Source: Pecten maximus
Taxonomy: Eukaryota
Length of the DNA: 64,000 nucleotides
Assembly (NCBI RefSeq): GCF_902652985.1
Contig: NC_047025.1
Location: 38,874,001-38,938,000 of the forward strand
Direction of reading: 5' to 3'
Shown: piece after piece, positions 28,601 through 40,600 of the stretch
Numbering within the stretch: position 1 is the first letter of the stretch
How the letters are laid out: each line of letters opens with the position of its first letter
Made by a program: the position numbers and the translations under genes
The notes under the pieces: model-generated
The model's database searches: none
What the model was told of the DNA's origin: nothing
What the model saw: only the letters and a program-made list of their open reading frames with translations

Positions 28601-31600
28601 CCTACCTCTGACAGGACAGTGTTACCTACCTCTGACAGGACTGTGTTACCTACCTCTGACAGGACTGTGTTACCCACCTCTGACAGGAGTGTGTTACCCA
28701 CCTCTGACAGGACTGTGTTACCCACCTCTGACAGGACTGTGTTACCTACCTCTGACAGGAGTGTGTTACCCACCTCTGACAGGACTGTGTTACCCACCTC
28801 TGACAGGAGTGTGTTACCTACCTCTGACAGGACAGTGTTACCTACCTCTGACAGGAGTGTGTTACCTACCTCTGACAGGACAGTGTTACCCACCTCTGAC
28901 AGGACTGTGTTACCTACCTCTGACAGGACAGTGTTACCTACCTCTGACAGGACTGTGTTACCTACCTCTGACAGGACAGTGTTACCCACCTATGACAGGA
29001 CTGTGTTACCCACCTCTGACAGGACAGTGTTACCCACCTCTGACAGGACAGTGTTACCTACCTCTGACAGGACTGTGTTACCTACCTCTGACAGGACAGT
29101 GTTACCCACCTCTGACAGGACAGTGTTACCCACCTCTGACAGGACAGTGTTACCCACCTCTGACAGGACAGTGTTACCTACCTCTGACAGGACTGTGTTA
29201 CCCACCTCTGACAGGACAGTGTTACCTACCTCTGACAGGACAGTGTTACCTACCTCTGACAGGACTGTGTTACCCACCTCTGACAGGACAGTGTTACCTA
29301 CCTCTGACAGGACAGTGTTACCTACCTCTGACAGGACTGTGTTACCTACCTCTGACAGGACAGTGTTACCTACCTCTGACAGGACAGTGTTACCTACCTC
29401 TGACAGGACAGTGTTACCCACCTCTGACAGGACTGTGTTACCTACCTCTGACAGGACAGTGTTACCTACCTCTGACAGGACAGTGTTACCTACCTCTGAC
29501 AGGACAGTGTTACCTACCTCTGACTGGAGTAAAGCGTTCCTATCCTTGAGGTTTTTGATGTTCTCCTCGCACTCATGGACACGGTTGCTTGACATGGACA
29601 GTTCATCTTGGGTTGTGCGCAGTTCTGTCGTTAGCTGCTCAATGACCTCCTCAAACTTAGTGACCTCGTGTTTAGTGTCACGGTACATTGTCTCCAGATT
29701 GTCAATCTCACTCTTCATTGTCTCCAACTGATGCTCCTTCTCCAGTTCCCTCTTACGACTCTCCGAAAGTTTGTCCTGTGCAACAAAAATCAGCATGTAA
29801 CAATCAAATAATTTCCTAGTTTCTGAAAACAATAATTAAAATTTAGAATAATGCGATCAACATTGAGATACTTATGTATTAGAGAACACAGATAAATAAA
29901 TTTTATGACAATGGAATATTTGAAAAAATAAAGGTATTAAGACGTCTAAGATATGAAGGTATCAAGACGTCTAAGATATGAAGGTATCAAGACCTCTAAG
30001 GTAATAATCTGTCATTTGTTGGAGTCAGGTTTACCTGTTATTAGGATCTCTTTCCTGTATTGACATTTTTTCTAGAGCATTATCTGTTTTGAGATTTTTT
30101 TTTATATATATACATTTTTTTTTTACCTGTATTATAGTTTGTGCAGATTAATGTGTTTTTTTTCTGTATTTAGTTAGGACTTAGTATCTCAGTAATAACA
30201 GTTTTATGTAGATTTATGATTTTCAATTTGTACTTACAAATACACATTATATATTTCATATGTATGTATGCTATATTGCATCCCTTACCTGCAGAGTTTT
30301 GACAGTTCCCTCCAAGTGTCCGACCTCGTTCATGCTCTTTCCATACTTCTGTTTGAAGCTGTCCAGCTCAGATTCAATGACATGGCCCTCCTCACGACAA
30401 CTATCCAACTGGTCCTCCAGCAGAATGACTTGTTGGCGGGACTCGGCCAAGGCCACCTCATGGTCATGTAACTGATCATTCTGACGCTTCATCTGGGAAT
30501 AAAAAGTTATTCCAGCTCCAATCAGCTACCAAACAATGTTGATCAAAAGCTAACAAATACTGTTTTATATTAATGATATGTTTACCCTTAATTTCACTCA
30601 TTTGAAACACCATATCATACACTTATATCATCATTTCATTGCGAGCTTATCGTAAATATTTTATTTAACCTGAATTCTTATATAACTTTTTTTGTACTAT
30701 ACCCACAGTGAAATAATGACTTCATATAAACTATAGCTGACTATCTGGTCCCTAATGTTTCCTATCTATTCTATATTTGTAACAAGTTCCCTCTACATAT
30801 TATCTGCCCACCACCACTGTCGACTGCCTTTACATCCCTTTCCCGCTGCTTTGATTCCCCACATCAATTCTCAGTTCCTGCCCCTCAAGTCCCATATACC
30901 AGTTCTGCTCCCACCTCCGAACCCCCTCCCCATATACCAGTATCCGACACCCCCTTTCCAATATACCAGCTTCTGCCCCCATCCCCTATACAATATACCA
31001 GGCTCTACCCTCTACCCAATGTACCAGTTTCTGACACCCTATACCCCATATACCAGTTTCAGTCCCCAACCCCTCCCTGATATACCAGGTTCTGCCCTCA
31101 ACCCTCTCACCCATGCACCAGTTTCTGACACCCCCTATCCTGTATACCAGTTTCTGTCTCCCCTATCCTGTATACCAGTTTCTGACACCCCCTATCCTGT
31201 ATACCAGTTTCTGTCTCCCCTATCCTGTATACCAGTTTCTGTCTCCTCTATCCTGTATACCAGTTTCTGACACCCCCTATAATATATACCAGTTTCTGAC
31301 ACCCCCTTTAATATATACCAGTTTCTGTCTCCCTAGCCCATCTCCTACCTCGACTGCTGTGTCGTCCTGCATCCTCTTCATCCTGTCTATCTCATCATTG
31401 AGTGCCATGATGGTCGTCTTATGATCTAGATTCTCCTTCTGTCCATCGTTGTTCTGGTTATGTGTCATTTCAAGCTCCTCGCGTAAAAGGTCCATGTCCT
31501 GTTGGATACGCTTCACATCCTGTTCGTGAGTACTTCTGGCTATCTGGAGTTCTGACTTCAGCTGTTCTATTGTTCGTAGATGGTTTTTCATCTGGAGGGA

Positions 31601-34600
31601 TTAAAGGACATAAGTTACACTCAGTTCCTCATCATAAAAACATCGTGCACCACTTTCTGTACTACATGACTAATGCCCATCTGTTCTTTGTTAGTTAAAT
31701 TTTTTCTACTGAATTGTGTTGCTATGAAACATAATTCAAATCTTTCTTAATAATTATAAAATGTTTTGCTGTACACATATATTATAAGGTAATGAATGGC
31801 TGGTTGGCTTCCTCCTTTGATTGATCTATAAACTCTCAATGTTAATACAAAATTATAGGCTTAATGATATTAGTATTTTGTATAAAGGGAGGCAACCCTG
31901 TATAAGGGATAATAAATACACACTGTCAACAAAGAATATAATACAACTGTTTTCTGTTCCTATCTGTAATTTTAGCAGACTTCCTAAAATTTAGTTTTAA
32001 GTAAAGGGGAAAAAATGAAAAATTTAGAACAATAAAATAGGTAACAGAAATTGAAAAAAATAAATAAACAAAACCAACACCAAACTTTAGTATGAATGGA
32101 ATAACGAATTGATACACTTTAGAATGAATGGAATAACGGATTGATAAACTTTAGAATGTAAGGTTCTTACAGGTTGTACCTCATAAACTTATTAACCAAA
32201 GGCATCTCTTAATTCCTAAACTGTATTAATGTTTTTGTAACACAACAATAGTCATAAATAATGTAATAACTCTCAGAATGATATACTTATATTGGGCACA
32301 CCAGATATGTCTGACAAAAGATGATTATTACCAAACAAATTATATAGTGACATTATTAGGTAAAGCTGAAATATAATTGGATGTCAATCAATGTTACTTC
32401 AATATTATTTACATAAAACCTGTATGTAACTTCAACTCCACATCAATAACAGTCTGACCACATTTTACAGTTCTGATTAATACTATACTGGACATGTGTC
32501 CCATATCCTGGAACCATAATGTCCATATCAGTCATGCATCACATATCCAAAATAAAAAAATATTTTGATAAAAATATATGAAATAATTTAAGTGTTTTGT
32601 GGAGGACTACACACAGATTACATGTGACAGTTGTTATATAGGTGGAGAGGATTAAACAGACAATAATCTGGTATAGTGAAGCTCTCCGAGGCAGGTCTAC
32701 ACCTGCACTTACCTTGAGATCTCTCTACCGGGAACAAAACAAACATATATGTATTTTACACAGCTTATCAAATTAGTAAAGAAGTCTATATTACTCAAAG
32801 CTGGCCAATGAAGGCAAGCTTTTTTTGTGAGTTAAATATGGTAAAGGTGATTCACTTCATCCTTAAGAAATATTGAATAAAACCTTCTTAGTATTTGGTT
32901 TGGTATGGTATTGTTTTATGACACAAAAGAGTCACTGAAAACCTTGGGTGCATATGGGGTGGGGGGTGGGGGTTTGAAACACTGTATATCTTCCCCATTA
33001 AAATGCAGTTTTATTATAAATTTTTATTGTTATCATTGTTACATATATCCTATTACTTGTAGACAAATCTGATGACAATCAGACTGATATAAGATGTTTT
33101 TCCTGTACAAAACCTGACATTCCACCACCACTATACAGCCGGGGTTATCTACCTTTACAAGACAAACTGTGTATATCTAAGCATTAAACATCCAGCTATG
33201 TACATGTATCATTACCGCCGCTCCATTTTGTCCTCTGTGTCTCTACAGGGTAAAGCTATCATTACTACACACCTACTGGTCCCTACACCTCGTACATGCT
33301 TTAGAGTAGGACAAGCATTACCTTTCAACTCAGATATGATCAGGGGAGACAATTCCAGAATGGCACACCCAAGTGTGTGTTTTTAAATAGCAATTTTGAA
33401 CAAAACAAATGTTGTTTTAATTAAACAAAAGCAGAAGATTTAATTCTCACTTTTTAAAATGAAGTTATTTTTTTCTTTTGATAGATCATTTCAAGTAAAA
33501 AATATTTAAGTTTATATTACTACTAAAACAAATTATCCTATATTCTAATAAAAATAAAATGAGGTAAAATTTCTGTATTGCTGTTGATGCTAGACTTGAA
33601 CTTGACTATGTGATGTAGTAGTTTTATCACCATACACGATCTGATACAATATGTTAGAGGTGTACTGTCGGTGGCTGTCCACACCACACACATCAAAGTC
33701 CACCGTATGTTGATTTACTGAAGCTTTGTGCTCTATATGTTTCCAGTACAGTACAGATAAATAACGAGAATTGTCTCCCTTGTTCTGATCATTTATCTTC
33801 CTTGGTGGCGTCTTAAAATTTTAAAATCAAAGTAGAGTTTAGATTTAATTTCTGACATTATAAAACACCACGACATATTAATGACTGATCACAATGTAAA
33901 TCAAACTACACCACGGATTAGGTATATAGCTTATTAAAGGTAATAGTGGACTGATTTCTCTTTTACATTAAACTATTTTTGCTGATTGATTATTTAAAAA
34001 CAGGTCTTACAATCACGGGTGATACCATTGAATTAAGCAGAGCTATCATTTGTAAAACAAAACACGCTGTGCTGTTAGAACCTGTGCATCAATTCTTTTA
34101 ACTATAACAGAGCAGTTTTAACATCCAACTGGAATAAAGAAGAGCATTCTTACCTCCTGTAGCGAAATTTCATGATCATGTTGCAATTTTTGAATTGACT
34201 TCTCATCATTCGAAATCTGAAAAAGATATAAAATTGATAAAAACATTTGCCTCAAACGTATAGAATAATATCACTATGATATATAAACTTCAAACGTATT
34301 GAATAATACCACTATAATATATAAACCTGAGAGCTAAAATCAAATATTTGTTGTACTTTTGTAGTCAAAATTTACTGTCAAAAATGGTTTCAATATTTCT
34401 ATCCTATGTCTTGATTACCCTTGTTTTTTCCTCATCTTCCTTATTATCTTTTTGGCCTTCATTTCCACCTGTCTAACATAAGAACCTCTCCCTCATTTTT
34501 ACTTACATAAACAAGTATATATCTGTATATATCTACCTTTATTTTTACCTGTCTTTCTCTCCATCTTGTTTTTTTACTTATATAAAAAAGTATACAATAC

Positions 34601-37600
34601 CTTCTTTTCATCATCCTCTGTTTTGGCATTGAGGTCTCTGATTTCCTGTTGAAGCTGCTTCACACGACCATTCAGGCGAATGACCTCATCTTCACGAATG
34701 TTCAACTGAAAATCACAAACAAAATGTATTCTTCATCACATATGTAGATTAGATTTCAGTGTAAGTTATATCGATAAAGATGTTTTACTCCACCATTCAT
34801 AGATCACCACTACAGGTTTGGTAGTATGATATAATGATTCCAAACCAAACCTAATTTCTTGTTACTGTCTGTGTCAAAATATAATACACCGTCTTAACAT
34901 TCCTGAACTTCCCACCATACAGACACCCACCTCCTCCATACAGCCCTGGTACTTCTCCTGGGTTGTGTCCAGCTCACTCTGAACCTTGATGATCACCTGG
35001 TCCCTATGGGCAACCTGTAAAGTGAAATTTATACTTTAGTGATACTCATTATACTGGGTGTCAGATCATTTATAAATACAAATTAATACTTCATCTTTCT
35101 CTAGCTTCTTTGGATTTGGCTTTTTTAAGCTCTCAATTTCTCATCTGATCTTTACAAAACTTTTACCTCTTTCTAACATGATCTTTCTCTCTAGCCCCTA
35201 TTCTACCTGACCTTTTCAAGCTCATTCCTTTCTCACCTGACCTGTATAAAACTCTTACCTCTTTCTCACCTGACCTGTATAAAATTCTTACCTCTTTTTG
35301 ACACGTCCTGTGTTTCTCTTGAGAGATAGTCAGGTCGAGTTCTAGTTGGTGCAGCTGTTCCTGGAGTTGACCCACCTCCTCGGAGGTTTGCTGTCCATTC
35401 TGGCTCAGATGTGAGTTCTCGTTCTTCAAACTTTCTATATCATCCTCAGCTTTCATTAACTAGAAAACAACACAATGCATACCATTATTAGATGTTTTAA
35501 TTTAAAAGTTCAAAATATTTTTGATATTTTTTTGATAGGATTTTATTTATGAAGAAAATATTTTTCCCTTTTTTTGATAGGATTTTATGAAGAAAATATT
35601 TTTCCCTTTTTTTGATAGGATTTTATGAAGAAAATATTTTTCACTTTTTTCTTTATGATTTTATAACAGAGATGCCTGATCTCCTAATGTCTCACCTCAT
35701 TATAACAAGCACTGTACTGTGACTGGGATTCCATCAGATCCTCCTGTAGGGTCTTAATTGACTCGTCTCTACGTCTCACCTGGAAAATGTGCAATCATAT
35801 ATAACATTTTTAAATGTCACCTTCAAATGAATATTATACAATACAATGCATTGAAACCATTGATATGGTTGGTTGAAATGTTTTACTATTATTTTTTTGA
35901 TTATATAGTTATTTCATTGAAATCCCTGCTTTTGGATGGGACTTCTTCGCCTCATTTTGAAAAGAAAATTGGAAAAGAAATTTTATGGAGTAAACTGCCA
36001 ATTTTAAGAATTTGGTATAAATATGAAATGATTTCAATTGGCAATGGGGTTCATAATTGGCCCCAAAAAGCCTTCAGAAAAAGCCCTGATATCAATGTAT
36101 TTAGTTTCTAGTCAGACTTACCTCCTGTTCGGTGAGTTTCCTACTTTTGTCCAGGTCTACGTGACATTGGGTTAGAGCCTCCTGGAGTTTCTTGATGGTA
36201 TCGGACTGTTTGTTCACCTCACCCAGCTTCTCTTGGTGTTTACCCTTCAGACGACCTATTTCAGAGTTCAGCTTCTGGATGGTGTCATCCCGAACATAAA
36301 CCTGAACACAGAATGTGTGTTGTCTTAGAAAAATGTCACATTTATTTCAGACTTATTAAATAAGTCTATGAATGTTTCATTCTAGTGAACTTCTCCGGAG
36401 CTAAAGTAATATTTTCTCATGCTGACATAACAAAATGTTTTTACCGCATCAAAAGTGAACCATTAGAAGCCTGATCATCACAGCTCTAGGAACCATTAGA
36501 AGCCTGATCATCACAGCTCTAGGAACCATTAGAAGCCTGATCATCACAGCTCTAGGAACCATTAGAAGCCTGATCATCACAGCTCTAGGAACCATTAGAA
36601 GCCTGATCATTACAGCTCTAGGAACCATTAGAAGCCTGATCATCACAGCTCTAGGAACCATTAGAAGCCTGATCATCACAGCTCTAGGAACCATTAGAAG
36701 CCTGATCATCACAGCTCCAGGAGTCAAAGTGCAAACTACATATCACGATTATGAAGCAAAGAAATCGGTTGAAAAATGTAGGAGGTGATCTCCAGACAAC
36801 AAAAGATACCAGATCATATTATCCTGGACACATTTTGATGGTCGTATAACATCGTCATCAATTCATCATCTCTTTCTGTCATTATATGTAAATATTTATA
36901 CTGTCAGACAGGCCCACACCTACCTTACTCATTGTTTCCTTCTGCTGTTTCTGTAGACTTGCCAGGTCCGTCTTCAGATTCAACACTAGCTCCTCCTTAG
37001 TACTAATCTATAATGGATAATGAACATGGTGAATCCAGAATAAGCCTTTTAGACAGTTTTATGATTATTTTTCTCTTTCAATCAGAATACAAACTGTGGA
37101 TGGGTAAAATAAATCTGTTTTGTTACACCAATGTTGAATATTCTAATAATAAAATTCTGTTAACAAAACTCAAATATCAAAGAATTCAAATGCTATATTA
37201 TTTGACGTCAGATATTTCTGTCATCTGTTTTCCTCCCTGGATTGAATACCTTATGTACTCCTGATTTACACTAACATCTCACTTTTTGGCCTCTTGATTT
37301 GTTTGCCATCATTAAAGGTTCTCTATCTTGTTTTACCTCCAGATTCCCCCAGCCATAACACTTACATTGTGCTGCTGTTTATCACTCTGGGACTGGAGGG
37401 AGGTAAGTTCAATGTTTATTTCCCTCACACGGTCCTCGAGACGACTCACGTCATCCTGATACTGGCTGTTACGGCGCTTCACGTCACTCAGATTAGACTC
37501 CAGGTTACTGATAGTTCCTTTCTTTGTATCATTCTGTATCAACCATTACACTTTCATCAGCAATCTGTACATTTATAATCTTTCCCAACACATTTTCCCA

Positions 37601-40600
37601 ATACCTTGTAACACTACATACTTTCCATTATCATGATTTGACAAGAAAATAAAGAAATAGTACAGCTACAATTTAAATGAGATTAAATTTACAATTTCTG
37701 ATAAAGAAGTCGCAAAGTTGACATATAGAACACAGACATGCATGTGTATCTATCATTCCTGTAAATTTATTTTATAAATGTTTATTTTTTGCTGACCGAG
37801 CAGTAAATGTCTTAAAACATGCTCCTGTATAAGGTGAGTGGACAGTTATACCTCTGCTTGTGATGTGCGTAGCTGCATCTTAAGTTGCTCCACCTCGCGG
37901 TCCATCTGATTAACCTATGTAAATAAACATTAATTAACATTACTAAAACAAACTAGAACTATAAACCAATGGCTAACTAACATCTCCGCTACCCATCATT
38001 AAGACAATGAGGAGGTGTATCATTTTACTAGATACTTGTTACATGTATATCATATCATATCAGCGATTAATAGTGTATCATTATTAAATCTGAAGAAATC
38101 AAAAACTTTAACTTACTCAACTGAGGAAAAAAAACGATAAAAAGATATTTTTAATTCAAATTGTCTCCCATAGCCTGGCTTTGGTATGGTTAACTGACCG
38201 CTGACAAACAAACAATAACTGTGCAGAATAAGAATATAACAAAACTAGAGCTATCACAAAACAGAAGATCCTATCACAATATATTGCCATGTCATGATAG
38301 ACTTCTAATGTCATTGATATAATCAAATTAACATTAACTACTTTGAGAAGAAGAGACAGCTCAATTAAAGACAAGCTAGCTTATAATTAAAAATCTCCAT
38401 TGTTTTAAGCAGTGCGATAAAGAATTCAATATTAAAGACAACCCCCCACCCCCCAAAAAATAAAAAAGAATATAAGCCAGCTTTTAGACTGTCCCTGTAG
38501 GCCTGAAGTCTCACCTTTTCCTCATATTTACTGTTGCGTTCCTGCATGGTGATGGTCTCCATCTTGAGGCGTTTGATGGCTTCTTCTCGTCGCTTTACCT
38601 GTAGATACATTACATGTTACAATTAAAATGCATACACTTCTTGTCATTATCAAATTCGTGTCATTGTTTTTCTTTTTTGACATAAATATAAATTAATAGT
38701 TAACTTACTTCAAGCCTTGCCATTAGTTGAGCACAGGCCATAGTTATATAGCACTGTTATGTCCTCTATGGACAATTCTCTAGTCTGGTCTATTGTACAT
38801 TTCACACAGAAAACTGTTTTTTAGCTGGTAAACTACAGGCAGGTATCTAATGTGATAGACTATGATCAGGGTTTACATGTCTGTACTAACTTGTACAGGT
38901 AACAGGGACTGCATGCCAACACAATGCTTCTTAACGAGCTAGTCATTGTCTAATTAACTATGAATTGATAACATTATCCAGAAAGCCTTTTGTCTCATCA
39001 GATTAATTCCATAATAACCCTCTAAGGGGGAAAGGACAGATTATTTTGTCTAGTATATTTGATATAACAAGAATGTCAATATTAGGTATGTACTAATCTA
39101 GTTCTAGTGTGTCCATATACTCCAGATAATAATTTCAAGTAACTAAACAAAAATTAATCATTTCTGATTAAGCAGTATAATTACTGCCATCTTCCCAAAC
39201 AGATGGTAGATATTTGAATTGTCTCTCTTACCTCAGAGGTGAGGACGTCTTGTTCACTCTGGGCATTGATGGCAAAGGCCTGTATACGCGCCTCCAATCG
39301 CCCATTTTCTTCCACAGACTCCCGATACTGAGCCTTCACCTGGGCCAGGTCCTGTTCCAGCTGCTGAATACTGATATCACGCCGTGAAACCTGACATCAA
39401 AACACACCAATAAATAAGATCAATGTACCCAAGGTAAATCAAAACAGTTTTTGTTTATAAAAAATGTTTTACTATCTAATATACATGAAATAACTGGCTG
39501 AGTTTATATATATATAGCTTAGAAACACAAATGACGAAGGAAGACAACTTTTTGACTCGTGCCCTGACCGGGCCTCGAACTCACGATATATATATATAAA
39601 TATAAACAAAGAAAAACAGGAGAAAAAACAAAATAACAGGCTGATGGAGTTTTCAGGTGCAAGCTTAGTTTTACTTAAGTTCTCTGTATTAATTTGGCTA
39701 GGAAGAAATAAATGTTCATATGTCCTGAAATGGACCGGTAAACCACCTACACATATACTTACATTGTCCTGAAATGGACCTGTAAACCACCAACACATAC
39801 TTACATTGTCCTGAAATGGACCTGTAAACCACCTACACATATACTTACATTGTCCTGAAATGGACCTGTAAACCACCAACACATACTTACATTGTCCTGA
39901 AATGGACCTGTAAACCACCTACACATGTACTTACATTGTCCTGAAATGGACCTGTAAACCACCTACACATGTACTTACATTGTCCTGAAATGGACCTGTA
40001 AACCACCTACACATGTACTTACATTGTCCTGAAATGGACCTGTAAACCACCTACACACGTACTTACATTGTCCTGAAATGGACCTGTAAACCACCTACAC
40101 ATATACTTACATTGTCCTGAAATGGACCTGTAAACCACCTACACATGTACTTACATATGTCCTGAAATGGACCTGTAAACCACCTACACATGTACTTACA
40201 TATGTCCTGAAATGGACCGGTAAACCACCTACACATGTACTTACATTGTCCTGAAATGGACCTGTAAACCACCTACACATACTTACATTGTCCTGAAATG
40301 GACCTGTAAACCACCTACACATATACTTACATTGTCCTGAAATGGACCTGTAAACCACCTACACACATACTTACATATGTCCTGAAATGGACCGGTAAAC
40401 CACCTACACATGTACTTACATATGTCCTGAAATGGACCTGTAAACCACCTACACATACTTACATTGTCCTGAAATGGACCTGTAAACCACCTACACATGT
40501 ACTTACATATGTCCTGAAATGGACCTGTAAACCACCTATACATATACTTACATATGTCCTGAAATGGACCTGTAAACCACCTACACATATACTTACATAT

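Noticed and set aside
27611-29731. 706-aa plus-strand ORF (LPTSDRTV)n and the overlapping 473/286/234-aa ORFs
   Set aside because: Translations of a stop-free 24-bp minisatellite open in several frames; the plus-strand ones are antisense to the real gene. Not independent genes.
39555-39586. tRNA gene
   Set aside because: Only a B-box/T-arm-like piece; no D-arm, anticodon arm or complete acceptor stem.
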